Shown in pieces: positions 16,678 to 27,408 of a stretch of DNA of 64,000 bases. Origin of the DNA: Candidatus Microgenomatus sp. (GTDB lineage: Bacteria; Patescibacteriota; Microgenomatia; UBA8517); the NCBI GenBank assembly GCA_020724585.1, contig DYGS01000001.1, positions 136,096 to 200,095 of the forward strand, written 5' to 3'. The notes beneath the pieces are model-generated. The model ran no database searches. It was given only the letters and a program-made list of their open reading frames with translations, and was not told the DNA's origin. Numbering within the stretch: position 1 is the stretch's first letter; each line of letters begins with the position of its first letter. The position numbers and the translations under genes are program-made.

Positions 16678-17330
16678 ACAAGAGAAAAATAATTAAAGCC
16701 TCGGCGTTAATCTCTGCGCTGTCGGGGGTAGTAATACTCTCAGCCTCGACATGGCCGATTATTGAATACCAGTTAGTTGATGCTCAAAATTATCAAACAC
16801 TGTTAACACCTCTTTCTTTAGAAAAATTTAACGCCCAAAACCCAACCGATTACACAAAGGCGTCAAATTGGTTTCCCGATGCTTCTCAAAATGTTGATTT
16901 TAATTCACCAAAAGTGACTTATTACACTCTTTCAATTCCAAAACTTAGAATTGAAAACGCCTCTGTTGCCATAGGTGGAGAGGATTTGTCAAAAAGCCTA
17001 GTACAGTATCCTGGAACCGCCCTTCCTGGAAAACGAGGGAACGCTGTGATTTTTGGTCACTCTATACTTCCAATATTTTATAACCCCAAAAATTATATGG
17101 CCATCTTTTCAACGCTGCCGACATTAAGAAATGGCGACGAAATATTTATAAATTATGACGGCGTAAATTATAAATTTGTCGTTGAAGAAGTTTATGAAAT
17201 TTTTCCATCTGATATTCAGATATTGGAACAGGATCCAAGCGATTCGTTTATAACTTTGGTCACATGTACGCCGCCTGGCGATCCTAGAAATCCGAAAAGA
17301 TTAATTGTCAAAGCAAGAGTAGTTTCTTGA
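16674..17330 (+). CDS. Sortase
   Basis: PG..GN.VIFGH, TLVTC and R.IVKA catalytic triad; N-terminal TM helix. Confidence 0.93.
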   Translation: MNKRKIIKASALISALSGVVILSASTWPIIEYQLVDAQNYQTLLTPLSLEKFNAQNPTDYTKASNWFPDASQNVDFNSPKVTYYTLSIPKLRIENASVAIGGEDLSKSLVQYPGTALPGKRGNAVIFGHSILPIFYNPKNYMAIFSTLPTLRNGDEIFINYDGVNYKFVVEEVYEIFPSDIQILEQDPSDSFITLVTCTPPGDPRNPKRLIVKARVVS

Positions 17331-17332
17331 AA

Positions 17333-17722
17333 ATGAATATACTGGGAATCGATTACGGGAAAAGTAAAGTAGGTCTGGCCCTTTCTCGGGGCAAACTTTC
17401 CGAGCCCCTAAGAGTTATTAAATACAAAGATGAAAACAATTTAATTCAAGAAATACAAAAAATAATAATACAAGAAAAAATAGAAAAAATTGTTGTTGGA
17501 ATATCAGAGGGAGAAATGGCTGAAGAGTCGAAGAAGTTTAGTTTAGATTTAAAGAACGCTTTAGATGTTTCTGTTGTTAATCAAGACGAAACACTTTCAA
17601 CAAGGGATGCTATAAATTTGTCTATTCAAGGTGGAATTGGAAGAAAAAAGAGAAAAGAAATGGAAGATGCCTATGCCGCTTCCATAATGCTCCAGAATTA
17701 TATTGACTCTTTTTCCCATTGA
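17333..17722 (+). CDS. ruvX: Holliday junction resolvase-like RuvX/YqgF
   Basis: LGIDYG...VGLA, DE.LST and D..AA..MLQ.Y motifs. Confidence 0.93.
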   Translation: MNILGIDYGKSKVGLALSRGKLSEPLRVIKYKDENNLIQEIQKIIIQEKIEKIVVGISEGEMAEESKKFSLDLKNALDVSVVNQDETLSTRDAINLSIQGGIGRKKRKEMEDAYAASIMLQNYIDSFSH

Positions 17723-17753
17723 CGAGGAGGGTTTCATGGTATAATTTAACTGC

Positions 17754-17951
17754 ATGTTTAAGAATGTGATAGCTCCAATACAGGCATGGCTCCTTTCCCA
17801 AGGAAAGTGTGTCGGTTGTGGGATGCCCCTGTCAAAGGCTAAAACTCAAAAGCATAAGTATGGACAAATGGTGACATGTAAATGTGGAAGAATTTATATT
17901 CAAGACATGAAAACCAAAAAATACAGAAGAGCACTGCTAAATGAAGTCTAG
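17754..17951 (+). CDS. Small putative zinc-ribbon protein
   Basis: CVGC...CKC motif; upstream TGnTATAAT; overlaps the mltG start. Confidence 0.75.
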   Translation: MFKNVIAPIQAWLLSQGKCVGCGMPLSKAKTQKHKYGQMVTCKCGRIYIQDMKTKKYRRALLNEV

Positions 17952-18903
17952 AATAAAAAAAATTATACTTCTTGTCATTCCGATTGCTGTTGCAGTTATT
18001 TTTGCCGCTTTTTATTTAAAAATGCTTTTTGAACCTATTTCAAACGATAGTAGAGAAATTGACTTTTTGATCACCAAGGGGTCATCTGTGTCGCAAATAG
18101 GAAAAAAACTTGAAAAAGAGGGAATAATTAGAAGCGCTGTCGCCTTTAAATTTTATGTTCAGCTAACCAGTTCTACCAGCAAAATCCAGGCGGGTGAATT
18201 CCAATTATCTCCCAATTTAACACTTATGCAAATTGTTGACAGGCTTAAAAAAGGACCAACTGAAATTTGGGTGACAATTCCTGAAGGGTTGCGCAGGGAA
18301 GAGATTGCCTTGAAATTTGCAGAAATTCTGGAAAAAGATCAATCTTTTATCAAAGAGTTTCTAAAATTAACTCAAGATAAGGAGGGTTACTTATTTCCTG
18401 ATACATATCTTTTCCCCAAAAATGCTGCAGCTGAAAGTATTGTTAACAAAATGATCTCAACTTTTGAAAAGAAAAACGGCGATGTTGCATATAAAGAGTT
18501 AATCATGGCATCACTTCTTGAAAGAGAAACTTTAAGCGATGAGGAAAAACCGATAGTTGCAGGGGTTCTTTACAAAAGATTAAGTAATAATTGGCCACTT
18601 CAGGTAGATGCAACACTTCAATATGCTAAGGCAAGTGTTAAGTGTCAAGCGTCAAGTGCCAAGTGTGATTATTGGGAGGTACCGACCAGTTTAGATAAAG
18701 AGATAAATTCAGCTTTTAATACTTATAAAAATACAGGACTTCCTCCTAGTCCCATAGCAAATCCGGGAAAAACATCAATTGATGCCGCCAAAAACCCCCA
18801 AGAATCGGACTATTGGTTTTACATTCATGACAGTCAAGGCAGAATTCATTTTGCAAAAACTATAGAGGAGCACAATGTAAATATTGAGAGATATTTAAGA
18901 TGA
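17941..18903 (+). CDS. mltG: Endolytic murein transglycosylase MltG
   Basis: TIPEG, EGYLFPDTY, ASLLERE, LQVDAT, NTY...GLPP.PIANPG motifs. Confidence 0.96.
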   Translation: MKSRIKKIILLVIPIAVAVIFAAFYLKMLFEPISNDSREIDFLITKGSSVSQIGKKLEKEGIIRSAVAFKFYVQLTSSTSKIQAGEFQLSPNLTLMQIVDRLKKGPTEIWVTIPEGLRREEIALKFAEILEKDQSFIKEFLKLTQDKEGYLFPDTYLFPKNAAAESIVNKMISTFEKKNGDVAYKELIMASLLERETLSDEEKPIVAGVLYKRLSNNWPLQVDATLQYAKASVKCQASSAKCDYWEVPTSLDKEINSAFNTYKNTGLPPSPIANPGKTSIDAAKNPQESDYWFYIHDSQGRIHFAKTIEEHNVNIERYLR

Positions 18904-18914
18904 TTTTTCCCCAC

Positions 18915-18942
18915 TTGACAGTGCGGGAAAATCACATATAAT
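18915..18942 (+). promoter_or_regulatory. rpoBC promoter
   Basis: TTGACA-16 nt-TATAAT. Confidence 0.75.
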
Positions 18943-19012
18943 CCCTAATCAGGCCTAACTTGAATTAGGCTCTCCTGTTTTCGGGAGATTTTTATTTATT
19001 TGTAAATTTCAA

Positions 19013-22000
19013 ATGAGCTTAAAAACAACCCTTAGACGAAGTTTTGGTAAAAAAGAAGACGATTTACCCAAACTAGACTTAACTCTTGTACAACGCGAGT
19101 CTTGGCAGTGGTTTTTAACTTTTGGCATAGCAGAAGAACTCAAAAATATATCTCCAATTGATGATTTTACTGGTAAAAACTGGCAACTTTTATTTAGTGA
19201 ACACAGTCTTGGAAAGCCGTCTATAACTGCCTCACATGCGCAGGCTAAAGGACTGACATATTCAAGCCCTCTAAAAATTACAGCAACTCTTATCAATAAA
19301 AAAACAGGAAAAGAAATAACACAAGAAGTTTTTTTGGGTGATCTTCCTCAAATGACATCAAGAGGAACATTTATTATAAATGGAATTGAAAGAGCTGTTA
19401 TAAACCAAATTGTTAGAAGCCCCGGTGTTTATTTCGCGGGAGAGGTTGAGCCGGCTTCAGGAAGAAGCCTTTATTCCGGAGAGATAAGGCCGCTTCATGG
19501 CACATGGCTTGAGTTTGAGGTGACAAAAGGTGATTTGATTTATGCCCGAATAGACAGACGCAAAAAAGTTTTAGCAACAACTCTTTTGAGGGCTTTTGGT
19601 TTGGAAACAGATGAAGAGATCAAGAATTTATTTAAGGATGTAGATATTGATAAGAATCATAAATATATTGAGACTACTTTATCCAAAGATTCCACAAAAT
19701 CTAAAGACGAAGCATTGCTTGATATCTATAGAAAACTAAGACCAGGAGAACCAGTCTTAATAGAAAACGCTACAAAACTCTTTGAAGACATGTTTTTGGA
19801 TAAAAGAAGATATGATCTGGGCAAGGTCGGAAGGTATAAAATAAACAAAAGACTTGGAGTTGACCGAGATGAAAAACTTACAGAAGTTTTGACTCAAAAA
19901 GATGTCGTCATGACTTTAAAATATCTTGTCGGTTTACAAAACGGTCAAGGCGGGGTTGATGATATTGACCATCTTGCTAACAGAAGGCTAAGAAGGGTTG
20001 GGGAATTGGTAAGCATTAATGCTTTTAGAATTGGACTACTCCGCCTTGAAAGAAGCGTCAAGGAAAAAATGAGTTTGGTTTCTCCTGATGATAAGCCTCT
20101 CCCTTCAAATTTGATTAATGCCCGACCACTAATTTCTTCCTTAAACGAGTTCTTCAGAAGTAACCAGCTATCGACAATTTTAGACGATACAAATCCTCTT
20201 TCTGAGGTTGATAATTTAAGAAGGGTTTCAGTTTTAGGAACTGGCGGAATTAATCGCGATAGAGCATCATTTTCAATAAGAGATGTTAATTCATCGCAGT
20301 ATGGAAGAATTGATCCTGTAAGGAGCCCTGAGGGTCCGAATATTGGTCTTGTCACTTATCTCTCTTTATATGCACGAGTGAATGAATATGGATTTTTGGA
20401 GACTCCATATAGAAAAGTTGAGAAAAAGGGCGGCAAAGTTAGGGTTACAGATGAAATAGTCTATTTAACCGCTGACGATGAAGAGGGCTATTATCTTACT
20501 CACTCAAGCATAAGTATTGACGAAAACGGATTTATTAAAGACCAAAGGGTGCCGTTAAGACATATGGGTAATTTTACCGAAGGATCGGTTGATTTGATTG
20601 ATTTTGTAGATATCTCCCCAAGACAGTTGGTTGGAACATCGGCTTCGCTTATTCCGTTTTTAGCTCATGACGAAGGAAATAGAGCTCTCATGGGTTCCAA
20701 CATGCAGTGTCAGGCTGTTCCTTTAGTTAATCCTGAAGCCCCTATTGTGGGTACAGGTATGGAAAACGCTATTTCTCTGGCTATGAATAGAGCTGTTATT
20801 GCAAGACATGACGGTCTAGTCGAGTATGCAGACAGCAGTAAAATTGAGATTAGGCTTGATCAAAAAGTTTCTATCGATGAATCTGTTGAGGATATTGAGG
20901 TGGTAAATGGAGGGAAAAGTGAAGTTTATCAAGTATCTAAGTTTAGAAGAACAGCTCACTCAACTTGCTATAACCAGGTTGTTTTGGTTAAACCTGGCGA
21001 TAAAGTCAAAAAAGGCCAAGTTTTAGCAGATGCTCCGTCAAGTGACCAAGGAGAACTTTCTTTGGGCAGGAACTTAATGGTTGCCTATACCACTTACGGC
21101 GGTTATGGATTTGAGGATGCAATTTTAATATCAGATAGATTAGTTAAAGAAGATTTACTAACCTCAATTCACATAGAAGAGTATGAAGCAGAACTTGTTG
21201 ATACAAAGCTAGGGCCTGAAGAAAGAACAAAAGATATACCAAATGTTTCTGAAGCAGAGCTTGCAAACCTAGGTCCGGATGGAATAGTTGTTATTGGGGC
21301 CGAGGTTTCCCCAAATGATATTCTGGTTGGAAAAATTGCTCCGAAGGGAGAGACAGAGTTGACTTCTGAAGAAAGACTGCTTCGCGCAATCTTTGGTGAA
21401 AAAGCAAGAGAAGTTAGAGACACATCTCTTCGTGTTCCTCATGGTGAAAAAGGAATAGTTGTGGGCGTTGACATTCTAGATAGAAGCAAAGGTGATGAAC
21501 TTGGCCCAGGAGTAATTGAAAAAATAATCGTTAAAGTAGCCCAGATCAGAAAGATTACTGTGGGGGATAAAATTGCCGGGAGACATGGAAATAAGGGTGT
21601 TATTGCCAAAATAATGCCAGTTGAGGACATGCCGTATCTTGAAGATGGAACACCTGTCGATGTAATTATTTCTCCTTTGTCAGTACTTTCCCGTATGAAC
21701 TTGGGTCAGCTTTTGGAAGCTCATTTTGGACTTGCGCTTTACAAAAAAGGAGAAAAAGGAGCCTTTCCTGTTTTTGACAAAGTAACAGAGGATGATCTTG
21801 TTAGAGAACTTAAAAGTGCGAACTTGCCAGTAAACGGCAAGATGAGATTGATTGACGGCAGAACTGGTGAGAAGTTTAAGGAGGACACTGTTGTTGGAGT
21901 GGGCTACATACTAAAGCTTACCCACATGGTCGAGGATAAGACTCATGCCAGGTCAACTGGTCCGTACTCGCTTGTTACACAACAACCTCTTGGCGGTAAA

Positions 22001-22378
22001 GCACAAATGGGTGGCCAAAGATTGGGAGAAATGGAGGTCTGGGCTCTTGAAGCACATCGTGCACAACATATTTTGCAGGAAATGCTGACCATAAAATCTG
22101 ACGATATCGTCGGACGGGCTAAAGCGTTTGAAGCAATTGTTAAAGGTCTTGATATTCCTGAATCAACGATACCCGAGTCATTTAAAGTATTAACCCGTGA
22201 ATTAAACGCTCTTGGTCTAAATATTATTCCAAGAGGTGTAGTTATTGCCAGGAGTGATACTGATGAGGTATCATCCGCTGGAGAGGAATTGGCAAAGGCA
22301 ACAGGCGCCGAAGTAGTAGCAACAGAAGAATTGCTAAGTGCGGACGGGCCAATGGAGGTAGAAGATGTCAACGAATAA
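19013..22378 (+). CDS. rpoB: RNA polymerase beta subunit
   Basis: GTFIINGIER, PEGPNIGL, GDKIAGRHGNKG, GGQRLGEMEVWALEA motifs. Confidence 0.99.
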   Translation: MSLKTTLRRSFGKKEDDLPKLDLTLVQRESWQWFLTFGIAEELKNISPIDDFTGKNWQLLFSEHSLGKPSITASHAQAKGLTYSSPLKITATLINKKTGKEITQEVFLGDLPQMTSRGTFIINGIERAVINQIVRSPGVYFAGEVEPASGRSLYSGEIRPLHGTWLEFEVTKGDLIYARIDRRKKVLATTLLRAFGLETDEEIKNLFKDVDIDKNHKYIETTLSKDSTKSKDEALLDIYRKLRPGEPVLIENATKLFEDMFLDKRRYDLGKVGRYKINKRLGVDRDEKLTEVLTQKDVVMTLKYLVGLQNGQGGVDDIDHLANRRLRRVGELVSINAFRIGLLRLERSVKEKMSLVSPDDKPLPSNLINARPLISSLNEFFRSNQLSTILDDTNPLSEVDNLRRVSVLGTGGINRDRASFSIRDVNSSQYGRIDPVRSPEGPNIGLVTYLSLYARVNEYGFLETPYRKVEKKGGKVRVTDEIVYLTADDEEGYYLTHSSISIDENGFIKDQRVPLRHMGNFTEGSVDLIDFVDISPRQLVGTSASLIPFLAHDEGNRALMGSNMQCQAVPLVNPEAPIVGTGMENAISLAMNRAVIARHDGLVEYADSSKIEIRLDQKVSIDESVEDIEVVNGGKSEVYQVSKFRRTAHSTCYNQVVLVKPGDKVKKGQVLADAPSSDQGELSLGRNLMVAYTTYGGYGFEDAILISDRLVKEDLLTSIHIEEYEAELVDTKLGPEERTKDIPNVSEAELANLGPDGIVVIGAEVSPNDILVGKIAPKGETELTSEERLLRAIFGEKAREVRDTSLRVPHGEKGIVVGVDILDRSKGDELGPGVIEKIIVKVAQIRKITVGDKIAGRHGNKGVIAKIMPVEDMPYLEDGTPVDVIISPLSVLSRMNLGQLLEAHFGLALYKKGEKGAFPVFDKVTEDDLVRELKSANLPVNGKMRLIDGRTGEKFKEDTVVGVGYILKLTHMVEDKTHARSTGPYSLVTQQPLGGKAQMGGQRLGEMEVWALEAHRAQHILQEMLTIKSDDIVGRAKAFEAIVKGLDIPESTIPESFKVLTRELNALGLNIIPRGVVIARSDTDEVSSAGEELAKATGAEVVATEELLSADGPMEVEDVNE

Positions 22379-25300
22379 TAATATTTCACAAGAACAATTG
22401 ATTGATTTAAAAAATATAGAGGATTTTAAGTCCTTGGTGGTTAAATTGGCTTCACCTGACGATATTAGAAAGTGGAGTCGCGGTGAAATAACAAAACCGG
22501 AAACCATAAATTATCGGACACTAAAATCCGAAAAAGATGGTCTTTTTGATGAAAAAATCTTCGGACCCACAAAAGATTGGGAATGTTACTGCGGCAAATA
22601 CAAGAGAATAAGGTTTAAGGGGGTTATCTGTGACAAATGCGGCGTCGAGGTAACTCAGTCAAGAGTTAGAAGAGAACGAATGGGCCATATTAGTTTGGCT
22701 TGCCCTGTTGCCCACATTTGGTACTTTAAGGGAGCTCCTTCAAAGATTTCAAATATTTTGGGTGTTCCTCCAAAATCTTTAGAGCAAGTTGTTTATTTTG
22801 CAAGATATTTAGTTTTAAATGTTGATGAAGACAAGAAGAAAGAAGCCGTTAAGATATTGCAAACGGCTCTTTTGGATAATGAGAAAAAAATAGTTGAGTC
22901 GTTTAAAGAAAAAAAAGAAAATCTTGATGCAGAGGCACTTAAAGCCAAGGAAAAAATTGAGGGGAAGATAAAAGATAAAGAACAACAAGCCTTAGCAATT
23001 TCTGAAGTTGAATTGACCTTAAGAAAGAAAGAAACCGCAATTGTTGAGGAAGAAAAATCTGCTTTAAGTAGGAATTCCAGATTATTTGAAAACTTAATAA
23101 GCCTTGTTAAGGGCCTTAAAGTTTTAAGCATTTTGTCTGAAGAGGAATATGATGAGCTTTCGAATTACTCAGCGGCCGATTTCTTTGAAGCAAAAATGGG
23201 TGCAGAAGCTGTTTTAGAAATATTAAGCGGTGTCAATATAGAAAAACTATCTGTAGACTTGAGAAAAGAAGTCGAGGAAACAAAAACTAATAGCCCTAAA
23301 TATGCAAAAGTTGTCAAAAGACTTAAAGTTGTTAATGGACTAAGAAAGGCAAAAATTGATCCAACTTGGATGATATTAAAAGTTTTGCCTGTTCTACCTC
23401 CTGATCTTCGACCGATGGTTCAGTTATCAGGCGGAAGATTTGCCACCTCTGATTTGAATGATTTGTATAGAAGAGTCATAAACAGGAATAATAGATTGAA
23501 ACATCTAATTGGACTAGGTGCTCCCGAAATAATTTTAAGAAATGAGAAAAGAATGCTTCAAGAGGCAGTTGATTCTCTTCTTGATCAAAGTCAGAGAAAA
23601 GCAACCAGAAAAGCAAGAGGAAGACAGCCTTTAAGGTCTCTCTCAGACATGCTTAAAGGTAAACAAGGAAGATTTAGACAGAACTTGTTGGGTAAGAGAG
23701 TTGATTACTCTGGAAGAAGTGTAATTGTCGTTGGGCCCGAACTAAATCTTAATCAATGCGGTCTTCCCAAAGAGATGGCTCTTGAAATGTTTAAGCCATT
23801 TGTTCTTCGGGAAATGATAGGAAGAGGAATTGCCCCAAATGTCAAGTCAGCTAAAAATATGTTGGACAGAAGACCGCCTGAAGTTTTTGATATTTTGGAA
23901 GAGATTACCAAAGACCATCCTGTTATCTTGAATCGTGCTCCTACACTTCATAAACTAGGTATGCAGGCATTTTATCCAATTCTTATTGAAGGATCAGCAA
24001 TTAGACTTCACCCCGCTGTTTGTGCAGGTTTTAATGCAGATTTCGATGGAGATCAAATGGCCGTTCATGTCCCTCTTTCTGCCAAGGCAATTGAAGAAGC
24101 CAAAAAATTGATGCTTCCGGAACACAATTTGCTTCGCCCGGCTGATGGAACACCCGTTTCGACCCCGTCATCGAAAGAAATGGCTCTGGGTGTTTATTAT
24201 CTTACTTCACCAGACATTAGGATTGAGAAGGATCAAACTGTATATGCTGATCAAAATGAAGCAGTAATAGCTCATCAGACGGGAAAAATTGAGTTAAGAC
24301 AATTAATTATGGTTAGGATTAATGAGCAGGTTGTAGAGACAACGGTCGGTAGAATTTATTTCAATGAGATTTTACCTTCGGTTTTTGGATTTGTGAATGA
24401 ATCTGCTACATCTTCTGTTATAAAGAAATTGTTTAATGTTGCTTATGCAAAGTGCGATGAGAAAACGGTTGTTAAAATGATTGATGATGTCAAATCGATA
24501 GGCTTCTGGGCAGGTACAATTTCAGGAATTTCATTTGGTGTTTTTGATGCAGTGCTTTTGCCGGACAAGCAGGAAATAATTCAGGAAGCAGAAGAAAAGA
24601 TTGCAGAAATTGAGAATAACTTTAACATGGGCTTAATTACAGCGGGTGAGAAAAAAAGAATGTCTCAGGAGGTTTGGATTGATGTTTCAGAGGTTTTGGC
24701 TGATAAGACTTGGGATTTGATGGAGCCTACAAATCCAATCAGAGTTGTAATAGATGCAAAAGTAGGAAGGGCTTCAAGAGATCAGGTTAAACAATTGTCT
24801 GCTATGAGGGGACTAGTTACTGATCCAACGGGTAAAATTGTAGAACTTCCAATTAAGAGTAATTTTAGGGAGGGATTGTCAGTTTTTGAATATGTGACTT
24901 CTTCAAGAGGCTCAAGAAAAGGACTGACCGATACGGCCATCAAGACCGCTGATGCAGGATATTTGACCCGAAGGCTAGTTGATGTCTCCCACGATGTGAT
25001 AATTAGAAAAGATGATTGTGGAACAAGCGACGGATTGACTATTAGAAAAAAGGATAGACCCCAATCTTATCCTTCTAGAATACTTGGCAGATATTTGGTG
25101 CAGGATGTTAAAGATTCAAACGGCAAAGTTATTGCTGTTGCGGGTGACTTGTTGGACGAGGAATTGTCATCTAAAATATCTGAAGCAACAGAGGAAGTTG
25201 TAGTTAGATCTCCCCTGACATGTCAACTGAGGTTTGGGCTTTGTGTCAAATGTTACGGTTGGGATTTGTCCAACAAAAAAGCGGTTGAGATTGGAACCCC

Positions 25301-26096
25301 TGTTGGGGTGATTGCAGCCCAGTCAATTGGTGAACCGGGAACACAGCTTACACTAAGAACCAAACACGCGGCGGGTGCAATTGGTGCTGATGTCACCCAA
25401 GGCTTACCTAGAGTTGAAGAATTAGTTGAGGCCCGTGCCCCGAAGGTTTTGTCATCGCTTGCTCAAGCTTCTGGTAAAGTCTCCGTAACCGAAACGGATG
25501 CGGGTTATAAAGTTGTTATTAGAACCTCTAGCAAATCAAAAGACGAATTGGAGTATATTGTACCTAAAGCTCTTGAACTTTCAGTAAAAGATGGAGATAT
25601 TGTTGAGGAAGGTAGCGCACTTGCTTTGGGACCTCTGGATATCAAAGAAGTCTTGTTGGTTAGAGGTTTAAGGTCTGCTCAAGAATATTTGATTTCTGAG
25701 CTTCAAAAAGTTTATGAATCTCAAGGTATTGGCATAAACGATAAGCATTTTGAGATTATCGTTAGAAAAATGTCTGACGAATTGAGGGTTGTAACAGCTG
25801 GAGATACACAGTTCTTGCCTGGCGAATTTGTAAGCAAAGCCAATTTTGAGACAGAAAATGAAAAAACAATTGCAGCTGGAGGCGAGCCTGCAACAGCACA
25901 ACAAATTATTTTAGGGATAACGAGACGGGCTTTGTATACAGATAGCTGGTTATCTGCTGCTTCATTTGAACAAACAACCGAGGTTTTGACAGAAAGCTCT
26001 TTGATGGCGCGGGAAGATAAATTATTGGGGTTGAAAGAAAATGTAATAATTGGAAGATTAATTCCTGTAACTGAAGATCGGGCTTTGATGGAATAA
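22365..26096 (+). CDS. rpoC: RNA polymerase beta' subunit
   Basis: Zinc finger CYCGKYK...CDKCGV, catalytic [19 protein letters not shown]. Confidence 0.99.
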   Translation: MSTNNNISQEQLIDLKNIEDFKSLVVKLASPDDIRKWSRGEITKPETINYRTLKSEKDGLFDEKIFGPTKDWECYCGKYKRIRFKGVICDKCGVEVTQSRVRRERMGHISLACPVAHIWYFKGAPSKISNILGVPPKSLEQVVYFARYLVLNVDEDKKKEAVKILQTALLDNEKKIVESFKEKKENLDAEALKAKEKIEGKIKDKEQQALAISEVELTLRKKETAIVEEEKSALSRNSRLFENLISLVKGLKVLSILSEEEYDELSNYSAADFFEAKMGAEAVLEILSGVNIEKLSVDLRKEVEETKTNSPKYAKVVKRLKVVNGLRKAKIDPTWMILKVLPVLPPDLRPMVQLSGGRFATSDLNDLYRRVINRNNRLKHLIGLGAPEIILRNEKRMLQEAVDSLLDQSQRKATRKARGRQPLRSLSDMLKGKQGRFRQNLLGKRVDYSGRSVIVVGPELNLNQCGLPKEMALEMFKPFVLREMIGRGIAPNVKSAKNMLDRRPPEVFDILEEITKDHPVILNRAPTLHKLGMQAFYPILIEGSAIRLHPAVCAGFNADFDGDQMAVHVPLSAKAIEEAKKLMLPEHNLLRPADGTPVSTPSSKEMALGVYYLTSPDIRIEKDQTVYADQNEAVIAHQTGKIELRQLIMVRINEQVVETTVGRIYFNEILPSVFGFVNESATSSVIKKLFNVAYAKCDEKTVVKMIDDVKSIGFWAGTISGISFGVFDAVLLPDKQEIIQEAEEKIAEIENNFNMGLITAGEKKRMSQEVWIDVSEVLADKTWDLMEPTNPIRVVIDAKVGRASRDQVKQLSAMRGLVTDPTGKIVELPIKSNFREGLSVFEYVTSSRGSRKGLTDTAIKTADAGYLTRRLVDVSHDVIIRKDDCGTSDGLTIRKKDRPQSYPSRILGRYLVQDVKDSNGKVIAVAGDLLDEELSSKISEATEEVVVRSPLTCQLRFGLCVKCYGWDLSNKKAVEIGTPVGVIAAQSIGEPGTQLTLRTKHAAGAIGADVTQGLPRVEELVEARAPKVLSSLAQASGKVSVTETDAGYKVVIRTSSKSKDELEYIVPKALELSVKDGDIVEEGSALALGPLDIKEVLLVRGLRSAQEYLISELQKVYESQGIGINDKHFEIIVRKMSDELRVVTAGDTQFLPGEFVSKANFETENEKTIAAGGEPATAQQIILGITRRALYTDSWLSAASFEQTTEVLTESSLMAREDKLLGLKENVIIGRLIPVTEDRALME

Positions 26097-26100
26097 TATT

Positions 26101-26520
26101 ATGCCAACAGCAAATCAATTAATAAGACACGGTAGAAAATCAACTAAAAAGAAGTCTAAGACGACTTCCTTGAAAAAGTGGTTTAATGCCAAAGATAGAA
26201 GTTATGGAGAAAACTCATCTCCTTTTAAAAGAGGAGTTGTCATATCGGTTAGAACCATGACTCCAAGAAAACCAAATTCAGCTCTTCGCAAAGTTGCAAG
26301 AGTTAGGCTCTCTAATAAGCAGGAAATTACGGCTTATATTCCAGGCGAAGGCCATGAGCTAGCTGAGCATTCAGTTGTGATGGTTAGGGGCGGAAGAGTA
26401 AAGGATTTATCGGGTGTAAAATATACGGTTGTTAGGGGAAAATTTGATACAACCGGAGTAGCAGGTCGAAAAACATCAAGAAGCAGGTATGGAGTTAAAA
26501 GAAATCAAGGAGGAAAATAA
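26101..26520 (+). CDS. rpsL: 30S ribosomal protein S12
   Basis: [13 protein letters not shown] and GGRVKDL motifs. Confidence 0.99.
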   Translation: MPTANQLIRHGRKSTKKKSKTTSLKKWFNAKDRSYGENSSPFKRGVVISVRTMTPRKPNSALRKVARVRLSNKQEITAYIPGEGHELAEHSVVMVRGGRVKDLSGVKYTVVRGKFDTTGVAGRKTSRSRYGVKRNQGGK

Positions 26521-26524
26521 TTAA

Positions 26525-27004
26525 ATGAGTAGAAAAGGTCCATCAAGAAAAAGAAAAATTGCAGGCGATCCTGTTTATGGCAGTGTGTTGTTATCAAAAC
26601 TTATAAATAGGGCAATGTATGATGGCAAAAAGTCTGTTGCTCAAAAAGAAGTTTATGGTGCTTTGGAAATTATTAAACAAAAAGGGGAAGAAGATCCAGC
26701 TGCCGTTTTTGAAAAGGCTGTTGAATCTGTAAAGCCAGAGATGGAGGTTAGAGCCAGAAGAATAGGAGGAGCGGCCTACCAAGTTCCAATGCAGGTAAGA
26801 GGCGATAGACAGGTTTCATTGGCTATAAGATGGATAGTCAATGCCGCGCGGTTAAGACCAAGTTCTGAATATCATACATTCGCTGAAAAATTAGCTCAGG
26901 AGCTTTTAGATGCAGTCAAAGGCGAGGGCGGTGCTATAAAAAAGAAACAGGACATGGAAAAACAAGCAGAAGCCAATAAAGCATTCAGTCATTTTAAATG
27001 GTAA
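26525..27004 (+). CDS. rpsG: 30S ribosomal protein S7
   Basis: EVRARRIGGAAYQVP and AEANKAFSHF motifs. Confidence 0.99.
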   Translation: MSRKGPSRKRKIAGDPVYGSVLLSKLINRAMYDGKKSVAQKEVYGALEIIKQKGEEDPAAVFEKAVESVKPEMEVRARRIGGAAYQVPMQVRGDRQVSLAIRWIVNAARLRPSSEYHTFAEKLAQELLDAVKGEGGAIKKKQDMEKQAEANKAFSHFKW

Positions 27005-27016
27005 ACCTATAGTATT

Positions 27017-27259
27017 ATGTCGAAGATTGATATCCAGGGTTCACTTCCAGAAAGCCTTAAAGAATTCTACGCTGGACATAAAGACCATGGTAGGTTTGGT
27101 ATAATATTCGCCGGTAGGAGAAGAGGGTTTTTTGGAGATCCAATTAAACTTGGTTGTAGCAACTGTGCTGTTGGACCACATCCTGTAACTACTTCCGAAA
27201 CGATATTGCCAGATGAAGATTTAGTCATTGTAGCAAAAAACCTCCAAGAAGTTTGGTAG
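27017..27259 (+). CDS. Hypothetical protein inserted between rpsG and fusA
   Basis: 80-aa ORF 12 nt after rpsG; HxxH and CxxC residues. Confidence 0.55.
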   Translation: MSKIDIQGSLPESLKEFYAGHKDHGRFGIIFAGRRRGFFGDPIKLGCSNCAVGPHPVTTSETILPDEDLVIVAKNLQEVW

Positions 27260-27265
27260 TAGTTA

Positions 27266-27294
27266 TTGAATTAGTTTTCCACTCCTGCTACAAT
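27266..27294 (+). promoter_or_regulatory. fusA promoter
   Basis: TTGAAT-17 nt-TACAAT with TGn extension. Confidence 0.6.
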
Positions 27295-27369
27295 CACATT
27301 TGTCCTTCGATTTCGCTCAGGATTAAAACTCTTGATTTGGAGTTTTGTTTTGCTACTTACTAGTTCTTC

Positions 27370-27397
27370 ATTTAGAATTTAGCATTTAGCATTTGTA
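27370..27397. repeat. Heptamer tandem repeat (ATTTAGC-like) upstream of fusA
   Basis: ATTTAGA-ATTTAGC-ATTTAGC-ATTTGTA. Confidence 0.7.
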
Positions 27398-27408
27398 ATT
27401 TTTAAGAT

